The notes under the pieces were generated by a model that searched no databases, was not told the origin of the DNA, and was given only the letters and a program-made list of their open reading frames with translations. A stretch of 64,000 nucleotides of DNA from Candidatus Poribacteria bacterium (lineage in GTDB: Bacteria > Poribacteria > WGA-4E > WGA-3G). The position numbers and the translations under genes were made by a program. The stretch is from the NCBI GenBank assembly GCA_965198235.1, contig OZ240248.1, positions 1,696,001-1,760,000 of the forward strand, in the 5' to 3' direction. Of the stretch, positions 30,527-40,560 are shown in pieces. How positions within the stretch are numbered: position 1 is the stretch's first letter; each line of letters starts with the position of its first letter.

Positions 30527-31185
30527 ACAACTTTCCTCTTCACCAGGATTTATCTTGCATGGAAGCTCAGGACAACTTAGAGGCATACCTCGCCGATGAG
30601 TTGGATACAGACCTTCATGCGACAATAGCGGCGCATGTTGCGTCCTGTTCAACGTGTCAAGATGAAGTTCGCTTTTCACAAGCGATTGGTGAAGCATTAC
30701 ACGAACTTCCGAGACCTGAGTCGCCACCAGAAATCTTCAACGCGGTTGAGGCTTATGTTCGCGCGCATCCCAATAAGGGACCGAAATGGCTACATCGGAT
30801 ATTCCAACTGTTCACGTTCTCGGATGATTTAACTGCGTCACTCGCTCGCGCAGGGGCGTTAGCGTGTCTCATCGGAGTCGTCCTGTTTGGTACTTATCAG
30901 TATCACCAGCATAAGAAAGTTACACAAGCCTCACGCGACCTCTATTATGCGCTCGGTAAGTTGAATTACGCAGTAGAGCGAACCGGCACCGTCGTTAACG
31001 AAAAACTTCCTGATGTGCGGATTAATGAGGTTTCAAGTCGTCCCTTTGTTCAGATTGAAACAGCTTCCCGCCACGCATCGAAACAGACGAAAAATATTTC
31101 ATCAGCGATTCACCGGAGTCTGGATAGCCTTAACCGGTTACCGCAGAACGCTCTGGATACAAAAAGCGATCAACGTTCATATTAA
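30523..31185 (+). CDS. Zinc-binding (zf-HC2) transmembrane anti-sigma factor
   Basis: HVASCSTC (HxxxCxxC), one TM, ATGA coupling to the sigma gene. Confidence 0.88.
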   Translation: MNNFPLHQDLSCMEAQDNLEAYLADELDTDLHATIAAHVASCSTCQDEVRFSQAIGEALHELPRPESPPEIFNAVEAYVRAHPNKGPKWLHRIFQLFTFSDDLTASLARAGALACLIGVVLFGTYQYHQHKKVTQASRDLYYALGKLNYAVERTGTVVNEKLPDVRINEVSSRPFVQIETASRHASKQTKNISSAIHRSLDSLNRLPQNALDTKSDQRSY

Positions 31186-31198
31186 GGAGAAGAAACCC

Positions 31199-31891
31199 AT
31201 GAGAAGATTCACCCTTACAATCCTTTTAACAGGTATAGCCTTTTTAGCAGTTTGCTGTTTCTTCACCAATGGGCACGCCCAGAACAGCGATGTAGGAGAG
31301 ACAGTTCGGGGGAAAATAGAAATGAATCTGTCGGATGCCCCTGTCCCCAAAGTTGAAATTAACTTGGACGAGAGTCTCTTGAATCTCTTTATCAACTTTG
31401 GCATCGCAAGTAATCCGAAACTTACCGGAGATAAATCAATAGATTTGTCGGAATATGCGGCGTATGCCGAAATGCTAAAAGGTGCCTCTATCCGGGCTTA
31501 CGATAGAGAGATGAAAGACTTCGACCAGATCGTGGACCACTATCGTGGCATTCTTGAAAACGAGAGATGGGAACGTCTCGTCAGAATCAGGGACAAATTC
31601 GATCTCAGCCTGCTCTACTCGGAAAAACCGGGTATAGTGAACGGTATCTTCCTTATGTTCACCGATGATGGAAATTCAGGCTTTGTGAACATCTATGGCG
31701 AGATTGACTTTCAAAAACTCGGTACTCTATTCGGAAGGTTTCTCGAATCTAATTCAGAGGAGAATATCTCCAAAAAGGTTCGCGGTTGGGTAAAGGGTCC
31801 CGCGCCCCAGTGGCTGAAAGTAAAGTTTAGTTCGGAAAAACCCAATGATATCTCCACATCAGCAACTGAAACAAATGACCCTTCAAAGTAA
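31199..31891 (+). CDS. Exported DUF4252-like protein
   Basis: Signal peptide; KVEINL, WERLVRIR, FVNIYGEID resemble DUF4252; AAGGAG RBS. Confidence 0.7.
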   Translation: MRRFTLTILLTGIAFLAVCCFFTNGHAQNSDVGETVRGKIEMNLSDAPVPKVEINLDESLLNLFINFGIASNPKLTGDKSIDLSEYAAYAEMLKGASIRAYDREMKDFDQIVDHYRGILENERWERLVRIRDKFDLSLLYSEKPGIVNGIFLMFTDDGNSGFVNIYGEIDFQKLGTLFGRFLESNSEENISKKVRGWVKGPAPQWLKVKFSSEKPNDISTSATETNDPSK

Positions 31892-31901
31892 GGAGTATAA
31901 C

Positions 31902-33296
31902 ATGAAACTGCAAAAGCACTTTATACGACTGTTCACGCTGCTGTTTTTAGTCTTATCGTTAGCACTGACGCATCCAGCAGTCGCGCAGCAGGACAAACAG
32001 GACAAAACTGATAGAAAAGGACTCATCCTCTTTGACTTCCCGGAGCCTCTTGAAGCAAAAGTCGAGGTTAACTTAACAGCGAAACTTATTGATTTGGTTA
32101 CCAAATCGATGAGCGATCAACCAGAAGTCGTTGAACTGATTCAGATGTTGGACGGCATCTATGTCCGCACCTACGATAGAGCGACTATTGATGAGAAGAA
32201 ATTAGTTAACTATTTCAAGGAAAAGCTCAAAAAGGATGAGTGGGAGGTCCTCGTCAAAATCCAGGAAAATAGTGAAACGGTGGAGATCAATCTACTGTTT
32301 GACGAAGAAAAGGTTTACGGGATTTTCGCTATCATCATCCCGAAAAGGTCCGGAGAAGCCACCTTTGTCAACATCGTCGGGGAAATCGCGCCAGAACGCA
32401 TTGAGGAATTGCTCGGAAATCTAAGCAATTTCGGGGCAGTAGACATCGATTTTGGCGACAAATTGAAGGGGCAATGGAAAAGAGAGAACACACGAGAGAG
32501 AGCGACGGTCATGATTCTCGGTAGTACATTTTTCACAAATCCGGGAATCAATGTATTCAATACAAGAATGGACGATGTCCTCGCGCCCAAACGTCAAAGC
32601 GAAATGGAACAACTGTTGAAGCAATTGAAAGCGTTTAATCCCACCAAGATAGCCGTTTATGTAGACGAAAGGGATGATGAGGAGATTAACGCAAGCTATC
32701 AAGGCTACTTGGAGGGCACTTATGAACTCACACGGAGCCTGCATGACCAATTCGGCTTTCGGTTAGCCAAACAGATGGGACATCCGAAGCTTTACTGTAT
32801 TGCTGATTGGCCAAAACACCGGCCGATATATCATGAAATTGATCAGAGTTTATTAGACTACGCCACGTTTGCGGAGACGCATAATCAGGAGCACCTCTTA
32901 TGGAGCATTTCCTCAAGCGGGGTGAAAGTTCGGGCGGACGTAGATGGCACGGTCTGGGTTGAACGTGAAGGATATGAACCACTGATTGACATGTATATAC
33001 GGATTAACAATCCTGAACAGATGTACGCCGACCATCAACCATATCTGCGCACCGCACGCATTGGACTCAAAGACCAATACCCAGGTGCCAATTGGGTTGC
33101 ACATTGGTGGTATGCGCACAATCTCAAGAACTTTGTGAACCTGACGCGAATCACTGAGTCTACTGATGATCGCATTCTGCTAATTATCGGTGCTGGACAC
33201 GTCTATCTGATTCAGCAGTTTTTGGAGGACTCAGGAGATTACATTGTTGAGAGTCCGCTACAATACTTGAATGCAAACGAGGCGAAAACGCCTTAA
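31902..33296 (+). CDS. Exported DUF4252-like + DUF5694-like fusion protein
   Basis: N-half paralogous to 31199 (KVEVNL, WEVLVKI, FVNIVGEI); C-half paralogous to 33353/39182 (DDVLAPKRQ...IIGAGHV). Confidence 0.75.
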   Translation: MKLQKHFIRLFTLLFLVLSLALTHPAVAQQDKQDKTDRKGLILFDFPEPLEAKVEVNLTAKLIDLVTKSMSDQPEVVELIQMLDGIYVRTYDRATIDEKKLVNYFKEKLKKDEWEVLVKIQENSETVEINLLFDEEKVYGIFAIIIPKRSGEATFVNIVGEIAPERIEELLGNLSNFGAVDIDFGDKLKGQWKRENTRERATVMILGSTFFTNPGINVFNTRMDDVLAPKRQSEMEQLLKQLKAFNPTKIAVYVDERDDEEINASYQGYLEGTYELTRSLHDQFGFRLAKQMGHPKLYCIADWPKHRPIYHEIDQSLLDYATFAETHNQEHLLWSISSSGVKVRADVDGTVWVEREGYEPLIDMYIRINNPEQMYADHQPYLRTARIGLKDQYPGANWVAHWWYAHNLKNFVNLTRITESTDDRILLIIGAGHVYLIQQFLEDSGDYIVESPLQYLNANEAKTP

Positions 33297-33352
33297 TCTG
33301 TTGTTCCATTTTTTGAGGCAGGGTTAACCCACTACAGATAGGAGAAAGTTTT

Positions 33353-34273
33353 ATGAAAGTCTCAGTGAGATGCAAGTTCTATTTATCAATATTGTTCGCC
33401 GCTGTATTACTTACAGTCGGCACAGCCGAAGGCGATAATCAGACAGACCCACCTACAGGAGATACTACGCAAATGACGAAAAAACCGACGATTATCATCC
33501 TTGGCAGTTCGCACTTAGCAAATCCCGGAGCGGATGTATACAACACAAAAATGGATGATGTCCTCGCGCCCAAACGCCAACGCGAAATCGAAGAGTTGGT
33601 AACGCAACTTAAAGTGTTTCGTCCCACTAAGATAGCCATTGAGCGAGATCCCTCGCGAGACGCTGAGATTAACGCAAACTATCAAGGCTACCTGAAAGGA
33701 ACCTATGAACTCAAGCGAGGCGAAAGTAATCAGATTGGCTTTCGGTTAGCAAAACAGATGGGACATCCAAAGGTGTACTGCGTTGATTATTGGCCGAAGC
33801 AAGACCCGTTTTTTCCAGATGATTTTGATAGGGATTTGATGGACCGCTATAAGTTCGCAGAGACTCATAATCAGGAGCATTTCCTACGTCCTCCGCCTAT
33901 CGAAGGAAAGATCACTCGGGACAAAGATGGCACAACTTGGATTGAACCTGAGAAATATGTATCAATCATTGACATGTACATACGTGATAACGATCCCGAA
34001 AGCAGCCTCGCTGACCACCAGGCATATCTACGCAGCGCGCGTATTGGGTTAGGCGACCAATATCCGGGTGCCAATTGGGTCGCACATAGTTGGTACGCTC
34101 GGAACCTTAAAATCTGTATCAACCTGACACGCATCACCGAATCTGCCGATGACCGGATTCTGCTAATTATCGGTGCCGGGCATGTCTTCCTCGTCCAACA
34201 GTTTCTTGAAGATTCAGGAGATTACATCGTTGAAAGCCCATTGGACTATTTAAGTTCGGAAGAAACACAATGA
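33353..34273 (+). CDS. Exported DUF5694-like protein (TraB/Tiki/EreA-like motifs)
   Basis: Signal peptide; LGSSHLANPG, PTKIAIE, E.NQIGFRLA, WYARNLKI, RILLIIGAGH. Confidence 0.75.
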   Translation: MKVSVRCKFYLSILFAAVLLTVGTAEGDNQTDPPTGDTTQMTKKPTIIILGSSHLANPGADVYNTKMDDVLAPKRQREIEELVTQLKVFRPTKIAIERDPSRDAEINANYQGYLKGTYELKRGESNQIGFRLAKQMGHPKVYCVDYWPKQDPFFPDDFDRDLMDRYKFAETHNQEHFLRPPPIEGKITRDKDGTTWIEPEKYVSIIDMYIRDNDPESSLADHQAYLRSARIGLGDQYPGANWVAHSWYARNLKICINLTRITESADDRILLIIGAGHVFLVQQFLEDSGDYIVESPLDYLSSEETQ

Positions 34274-34324
34274 GGTAGAAGACTAAAACGCCTTCTCTAT
34301 GCTCAATCACGATTATTATTATCC

Positions 34325-34633
34325 TAACGTGAGTTCGATAATAAAATGCAAGTGTGGTTTCCGTAGGTTGGGTAGAGCGGTGGAACTCCAGAACCATCTT
34401 ATTTATTCGGAGAATGCCGCTTTTCAATAACCCCTTCGCATAGATAGATATAGCGAAACCCAACAACCCAAACGTTATCGGTGTAAGAATGTGTTGGGTT
34501 TCACTCGTATTTTAGTGGTTTCAGGTTTATTGATGAACTTGAAGACTATCTTCTGTGTGCGATTTTTAGTAGGTTCTCGTTCAACCCAACCTACATAATG
34601 AACCCATTTCTTGCTTATATCGAATTCACGTTA
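34325..34633. repeat. REPIN-like element: GTAG-family REP doublet inside TAACGTGA(G/A)TTCGAT inverted repeats
   Basis: GTAGGTTGGGTAGAGCG...GCGAAACCCAAC...GTTGGGTTTCAC...TCAACCCAACCTAC; flanks TAACGTGAGTTCGAT / ATCGAATTCACGTTA. Confidence 0.8.
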
Positions 34634-34732
34634 TCGTAACAAACTGCTCAAAGCGTTGCTCACTTAGCAGGTATTGGGAATGACTCACGTCTACGCGAAA
34701 ATCTCAATTTTACATGAGGTCAACAGAAAACC

Positions 34733-36499
34733 ATGTGGGACAAAGTAACATTAACCCGACCTTCATTTCGGGATCTACTCTGGTTGTTCGCACAGGTGTT
34801 GAAAGCATCGCCTTTTATCGCCGCTGTGTGGATAATCCTTGTACTCATCAATGCTGGTGCTGGTGCAGCCCAGTTGCTCGTGCTCCGAGAAACCGTTAAC
34901 ACCCTCGTCGATGCAGACCTCATAAGCAGTGCTGTTCCATGGTTGGCTGCGCTCTGCCTTCTCTTTTTCGTGGAACAAGCGATCTTAACACTCCTCCCTC
35001 TTTTGCGCGAACAACTCCGCATTAGAGCCGGTTTCGCTTTGCAGCGTGATGCCTTGCAAAAGACAGGCAAACTGCCACTGGAAGCATTTGATGAAGAGGA
35101 ATCGCACAACCTCATCAATCGCGTCGTTACCGGAGGAGATTCGAGCGTTGTCCAATTGATGCAAAATGGCTTAAACTTTATTGAATACATCCCTCCCCTA
35201 CTCACCAGTGCCGTTGTTTTAGGACTGATTTCAATTTGGATTCCCCTGATCATCATCGGCGGCGCAATATTAGTGCGAGTTTTTGAAATTCGGATGGGTG
35301 CCCGAGTGCGCCACTTTGAGGTGGAAAATACACGCAACAAACGACTTGCCGATTACTACGTCCAACTGCTAACAGAACGACGCAGTGCCGCCGAAATCCG
35401 TTTATGGTCCATCGGCGAAACCCTTCTCCAACGCTGGCGGACGATCCTTGCCCAATATCTTCGGGAACGCCTGCATATCTCATTTCAAAATGCCTACCAA
35501 GGTATTTTCCAAGTGTTTATTTTCGTAGCCATCATCGCTGGGGCACTGCTCGTTACCTCGCTTTCACAGGGAAGGGTCGAAGCCGGACTCGCCGCTTTGG
35601 TGTTAGAGGCACTCCGGAATATCACTGCAGGTATGAACTCCATGCAGTATTTCGTCATCGGTTTTGTCCAACACGCCGGCTACGGAGAAGACCTTCGCCG
35701 TCTGTTAGGAAAGAAACAGGATGAAGACGCTTCCGAAACACGGACACCTTATCCGCACCCGATACGTGAGGGTATCCGTTTGCATGATGTCGCGTATCGT
35801 TACCCGGGTTCAGACACAGACGCACTCTCCGATGTTAACGTTCACATTCATCCGGGCGAAATTCTCGCTGTCGTCGGTGAAAACGGCGCAGGGAAAACGA
35901 CTTTAGCGCACATCTTAGCAGGCTTGCGTTCCCCGACAGCAGGACACGTCACAATAGACGGTATTGATACTGCCACAATCTCATCCGAAGACCTCCGGCG
36001 TGCTTGCACCGTCGTGTTTCAGCATCCCGCACGCTATCCGACGACCCTACGCGAGAACCTGGCTTTGGACAGTACTGATCCCTCCGATGCACATGTTGCA
36101 GAGATCTTAACCCAAGTCGGATTGCCATCAGAAAGGTTCCCGCTAAATACGTTTTTAGGTCCCGAATTCGGGGGTGTAGATTTCTCCGGTGGTGAATGGC
36201 AACGCGTTGCTATTGCTCGTAGTCTGATAAAAGAAGCGGGCGAATTTGTCATTTTTGACGAACCCACGGCAGCTCTGGATCCTCTCGCTGAGTTGGAAAT
36301 TTTTCAGCAGTTTGTCGAATTGGTAGACGGTAAGACTGCCCTGCTCATCGCTCATCGACTCGGACCCACACGGCTTGCCGATCGCGTGGTTGTTTTGGAC
36401 AGTGGATGCATTGTAGAAATCGGGAATCCCACTGAACTCCTACAGCAAAATGGAAAATACGCTGAAATGTTCGCAGCACAAAGTGAGTGGTACCAATGA
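34733..36499 (+). CDS. ABC exporter, fused TMD-NBD
   Basis: GENGAGKT, FSGGEWQR, FDEPT, AHRL. Confidence 0.92.
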   Translation: MWDKVTLTRPSFRDLLWLFAQVLKASPFIAAVWIILVLINAGAGAAQLLVLRETVNTLVDADLISSAVPWLAALCLLFFVEQAILTLLPLLREQLRIRAGFALQRDALQKTGKLPLEAFDEEESHNLINRVVTGGDSSVVQLMQNGLNFIEYIPPLLTSAVVLGLISIWIPLIIIGGAILVRVFEIRMGARVRHFEVENTRNKRLADYYVQLLTERRSAAEIRLWSIGETLLQRWRTILAQYLRERLHISFQNAYQGIFQVFIFVAIIAGALLVTSLSQGRVEAGLAALVLEALRNITAGMNSMQYFVIGFVQHAGYGEDLRRLLGKKQDEDASETRTPYPHPIREGIRLHDVAYRYPGSDTDALSDVNVHIHPGEILAVVGENGAGKTTLAHILAGLRSPTAGHVTIDGIDTATISSEDLRRACTVVFQHPARYPTTLRENLALDSTDPSDAHVAEILTQVGLPSERFPLNTFLGPEFGGVDFSGGEWQRVAIARSLIKEAGEFVIFDEPTAALDPLAELEIFQQFVELVDGKTALLIAHRLGPTRLADRVVVLDSGCIVEIGNPTELLQQNGKYAEMFAAQSEWYQ

Positions 36500-38274
36500 G
36501 AAACACAAACACATTACCGAGACGCGCAGTTCTTCGCTTAATTTGGCAATTTATACGGATCGCACCATTCCCCCTTTCTGTTACCCTTCTGCTTCGTTTA
36601 ATAAACGCGGGAAATCGCGGTTTTTCGCCGGTTATCATCGCCGGATTTACAAACGCGTTAATAAATGCTGAAGGACTCCTTTTATGGATGGGGCTTTATC
36701 TCGTGCTAATGACCTTGGAGATATTAACAGATGTTTTCAACGGTGTAACACAGACGTGGTTCTCCGATAAGGCTGTGCTCCATTTCCAGCAAGACCTTCT
36801 GCGTCAAGCTGGACAAACACCGCTGCTCCATTTTTTGGATGCTGACTTTCACGATAACCTTAGCCGAGCAACGCAAGGTTTCAGTGATCGCGTTGTCAGT
36901 TGGTTTCGGAGTATTCTGGACAATATCCATAGCGTCGCGAGCGTGTGTGGACTGTTGGGCGCAGTCTTTATTATAAGTAGTGATATATGGTGTATGATCG
37001 CTCTGTTCGTCAGTTCTTCCATCATTCTCTTCACAAGGAAACCTATTGCAAGGCTTGAACTTGAGCGTGACCGGGCGGCGGCACGTCCCAACCGAACACA
37101 GGCAGCGTGGGCAACTCGACTCTACGAACGTGTCAACAGTCCAGAGGTCCGCCTCTTTACACTGCAACGCTGGTTACTTTCAAAATGGGAAGACGCGTAT
37201 CATCAGCTCGCTACGGTGGAAATAGGATCACTCAAAAGGAGAACCGCTTGGAACGCACTCGCCAACCTCAGTTCTGTCTTCGGATATTGTGTGATTGTTT
37301 TCGTCGCAGCCCGAACCGCGCATAACAGTGATCCTGAAAAAATAGCAGGTATCTTCACAGGTTTAATTGCTGCCGCCGCTGGATTACAAGGATTTCTCTC
37401 ATATATGGCACACTCTATGGGGAATCTCGCCGAACAGAGCGGTGTCTTACGCGACCTCGCGACGCTGTTCACAACACAATCCACCCAAGAGAACAGTACT
37501 GCTAATGCGACAGAGGCGCATCAGGACGGTCCCTCACCCGCCTCAGAAGCGGATGAGATGACAGTTTCAATGAACGATCTCTCATTCCAATATCCGAGCG
37601 CGACGACGCAGACCCTCAAGGAAATTACCGCAAAAATCGAACCTGGCGAAATCGTTGCCCTCGTCGGGAAAAATGGTGCTGGAAAGACAACACTCGCAAA
37701 TATATTACTCGGTTTATACGCCCCAGATAGTGGAACACTCACGTTTTCACAGAGCGACACGACTTCTGAAAAACCCACAGCAAGCGCTGTCTTTCAAGAT
37801 TTCACGAAGTTCCTACTGCCCGTCAGAGACAACGTTGGCTTTGCTGACCTGAATCGCATGCAAGACGACAACCGTATGCAGCACACACTCGACAGAGCAG
37901 GTTCCACTTTCGCACAAGAACTTGATACCTGGCTCGGACACGAATTCGGCGGACGCGATGTGTCCGGTGGAGAATGGCTGCGCCTCGCCGTTGCGCGTGG
38001 ACTTTTCCGGCAGAGTCAATTCGTCGTGTTTGATGAACCGACTGCCGCTATCGACCCGGTCGCCGAAGTTGAAATGATCCGGGAGCTACTCACCAAAGAC
38101 GAATCGCGTACCACCCTTGTTATCTCGCATCGACTTGGGGTCGCCCGCCTCTGTGACAGAATTCTCGTTTTAGATGACGGACAACTCGTTGAAGACGGCA
38201 CACACGAAGAATTACTGACGATGGATGGATTATACGCCGAAATGTGGAACGCCCAAGCGTCATGGTACGCTTAA
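36496..38274 (+). CDS. ABC exporter, fused TMD-NBD (probable heterodimer partner)
   Basis: GKNGAGKT, VSGGEW, FDEPT, SHRL; ATGA overlap with the previous gene. Confidence 0.92.
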   Translation: MRNTNTLPRRAVLRLIWQFIRIAPFPLSVTLLLRLINAGNRGFSPVIIAGFTNALINAEGLLLWMGLYLVLMTLEILTDVFNGVTQTWFSDKAVLHFQQDLLRQAGQTPLLHFLDADFHDNLSRATQGFSDRVVSWFRSILDNIHSVASVCGLLGAVFIISSDIWCMIALFVSSSIILFTRKPIARLELERDRAAARPNRTQAAWATRLYERVNSPEVRLFTLQRWLLSKWEDAYHQLATVEIGSLKRRTAWNALANLSSVFGYCVIVFVAARTAHNSDPEKIAGIFTGLIAAAAGLQGFLSYMAHSMGNLAEQSGVLRDLATLFTTQSTQENSTANATEAHQDGPSPASEADEMTVSMNDLSFQYPSATTQTLKEITAKIEPGEIVALVGKNGAGKTTLANILLGLYAPDSGTLTFSQSDTTSEKPTASAVFQDFTKFLLPVRDNVGFADLNRMQDDNRMQHTLDRAGSTFAQELDTWLGHEFGGRDVSGGEWLRLAVARGLFRQSQFVVFDEPTAAIDPVAEVEMIRELLTKDESRTTLVISHRLGVARLCDRILVLDDGQLVEDGTHEELLTMDGLYAEMWNAQASWYA

Positions 38275-38369
38275 ACACAGAAATTCAATAGCATTTTACC
38301 AATCCGAGCAATCCCCAAAACCGCATCCACAACCCCTACCACAAACCTCTCCGCTTCAACAGAAAAAAG

Positions 38370-38397
38370 TACAACTTTCTTCTGCCCGTTTGTAGTA
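38370..38397 (+). promoter_or_regulatory. Variant ECF promoter TACAAC-N16-GTAGTA
   Basis: AAAAAAGTACAACTTT...CGTTTGTAGTA matches the 29849/29921 copies. Confidence 0.55.
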
Positions 38398-38436
38398 CTA
38401 ACCACACACCCCCGATAAGGGGTTAGGGGTTGAGTA

Positions 38437-38768
38437 CTGTTTAAGGGTTCCCATAGGTATCAATTTAGGATTCCCCGTAGGTTGGGTTGAACGCATCTGT
38501 GAGGTCTGGTGCAAGGGGCTCAAATATAGGTCAAATCCAAGGTAGCCTCATAGACACCCAAGAGTCGAGTGAAACCCAACTTCATATAAACATAGGGTGC
38601 GTCTTGAAGTGTTGGGTTTCGCTGTGGCGTTAGTATGTTTACGCGTCTTGGAAAATCCGATTTTTTTGTAGCATGGGCACTTTGTTCTTATACTTCGCTC
38701 AACCCAACCTACGATGCTGCGATGCAGTTTTTTCTAAAATTGACGGCTATGGGTCCTGTTTAAGGGTG
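38437..38768. mobile_element. REPIN/MITE-like element with inverted ends and flanking direct repeat
   Basis: Same REP doublet as 34362-34594; ends CCCATAGGTATCAATTTAG / CTAAAATTGACGGCTATGGG; CTGTTTAAGGGT on both sides. Confidence 0.75.
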
Positions 38769-38944
38769 CCCAAGTGATTCTAAAATCTACCATAGTTTGT
38801 GCCTCTGAGAACGCAAACTCTCACTGCGAGGCAGGTTTATGCTAAGAAAAGGCTCCCGATCCGAGACCCTTTTCAATGAAAAACCGGGCTTGATATCTAA
38901 AGTTTTGAAAATAGCAACTCGGGTTATATTAAGTTGGAAAAAGG

Positions 38945-38973
38945 TGCAACTATTTTGGAACTCGTTTGTAGTA
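38945..38973 (+). promoter_or_regulatory. ECF promoter TGCAAC-N17-GTAGTA
   Basis: Followed by ACGATAACCTCAC, near-identical to the context at 29950. Confidence 0.75.
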
Positions 38974-39040
38974 ACGATAACCTCACTTTTTAACAGCAAG
39001 TTTTGGCTTGCAAGCTGCGCCAAAAGAGCGAAGATGCAAT

Positions 39041-39148
39041 ATGACAGAAGATCAATTTCTTGAGTTTGTCCATCAACACGAAGCTTAGGTTTATCAGTAC
39101 ATCTTCTATCTACTCGGAAATCGGGAAGATGCGAAGGATATAACCCAA
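39041..39148 (+). pseudogene. Remnant of the ECF sigma at 29981 (first ~35 codons, nonsense at codon 16)
   Basis: ATGACAGAAGATCAATTTCTTGAG...CTACTCGGAAATCGGGAAGATGC aligns with 29981-30088; CAG>TAG at 39086. Confidence 0.9.
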
Positions 39149-39181
39149 TCAACCACACGACAGAAAATAGGAGAAAGTGTT

Positions 39182-40144
39182 ATGCAACGCTTATTCAAAT
39201 GCCAGTTCTATTTGATAATGTTATTCGCCGCTGTGCTATTTATGATAGGCGCAGCCATAAGTGATGATCACACAGATGTATCTACACAGGAGATTCAGCA
39301 AATGCCCCAAAAACCGACGGTCATGATCCTCGGCAGTACGCACTTGGCGAATGATGGATTGGATGTTTATAATACGAAAATGGATGATGTCCGCGCTCCG
39401 AAACGCCAACGCGAGATCGAACAGTTGGTTGAACAACTCAAGGAATTTAAACCTACCAAGATAGCTCTTGAACGGGATGAAAAAACGCATGGTGCTGGAA
39501 CGCAAACAGAGTATCAAGGCTACCTGAAAGGAACCTATGAACTCAAGCGAAACGAACATGACCAGATTGGCTTCCGATTGGCAAAGCAGATGGGACATCC
39601 GAAGCTCTACTGCGTTGATTACCGAATTGATTACCGAAAAGATGACCCCATCATTCCTTTTGATGACTTTGATTTGACTTTGATAGACTACATTGGGTTC
39701 GCAAAAACACACAATCAGGAACACCTTCTGCCTCCGCCACCTACTGAAGGGAAACTGACTCAAGGTGAAAAGGGCGTAACTTGGATTGAACCTGAGAAAT
39801 ACGTACCAATCATTGACATGTACATACGAGGGAACGACTCCGAAGGCATACGCATGGATCATCAACAATATATACGGTGGATCGCGCGTGTCGGGCTCGG
39901 CGACCAATACCCGGGGGCGAATTGGGTTGCCCATAGTTGGTATGCCCGAAATCTCAAGATTTTTGTGAACCTGACGCGGATCACCGAATCTGCCGATGAC
40001 AGGATTCTGTTGATTATCGGTGCTGGGCATGTTTTCCTCGTTCAGCAGTTTCTTGAGGATTCGGGAGATTATATCGTTGAAAGTCCGCTAAAATACTTGA
40101 ATGCGGACACTGCAGAGAAATCTACATCCGAGGAGACCGATTGA
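39182..40144 (+). CDS. Exported DUF5694-like protein, paralog of 33353
   Basis: Signal peptide; LGSTHLAN, WYARNLKI, IIGAGH, EDSGDYIVESPL. Confidence 0.8.
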   Translation: MQRLFKCQFYLIMLFAAVLFMIGAAISDDHTDVSTQEIQQMPQKPTVMILGSTHLANDGLDVYNTKMDDVRAPKRQREIEQLVEQLKEFKPTKIALERDEKTHGAGTQTEYQGYLKGTYELKRNEHDQIGFRLAKQMGHPKLYCVDYRIDYRKDDPIIPFDDFDLTLIDYIGFAKTHNQEHLLPPPPTEGKLTQGEKGVTWIEPEKYVPIIDMYIRGNDSEGIRMDHQQYIRWIARVGLGDQYPGANWVAHSWYARNLKIFVNLTRITESADDRILLIIGAGHVFLVQQFLEDSGDYIVESPLKYLNADTAEKSTSEETD

Positions 40145-40391
40145 GGGTATCATTTGTGGAACCCGCTCCTTTGCTGGTATGGGGTGTTGCTGGATAAGCC
40201 ATGCAACCCCACACCAGCGATAGTTGGATAAAATTACTTGTCGAAAAAACAGGCTTCTCGTTTCATAGACGATGGCATCCCAGCGAATACGCGCATGGTA
40301 TTCGCAAAGACCCTCTTCACGAAAGGCGCAAGCCTCCCTAAACTAAAAAACGTGAGTTCGGCGTAAGACCTCTATTGATTTAAAAAATTAG

Positions 40392-40420
40392 TGCAACCTT
40401 TTCGCGCTTAAATTGTATCT
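40392..40420 (+). promoter_or_regulatory. Possible ECF promoter TGCAAC-N17-GTATCT
   Basis: Same -35 and spacing as the 29849 class, with a variant -10. Confidence 0.45.
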
Positions 40421-40560
40421 ATAATAGTTGAGAAGAAAGAACACTTTTTTACGTCAGACTTAAGTCTCTGATATTGAACCTACATCCTTGAATACACAAC
40501 AGCTAAAAAATCTAATCGGGAATCGGGAAACACAGATTTCACTATAATTTGGAGGATAAA

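Noticed and set aside
34733-38274. ABC exporter pair as part of a RiPP cluster
   Set aside because: No precursor peptide, modifying enzyme or peptidase domain is seen nearby.
39236-40030. Long antisense ORF (264 aa) and other shadow ORFs such as 71-511 and 6820-7494
   Set aside because: They overlap well-supported genes on the opposite strand and have no recognisable motifs.
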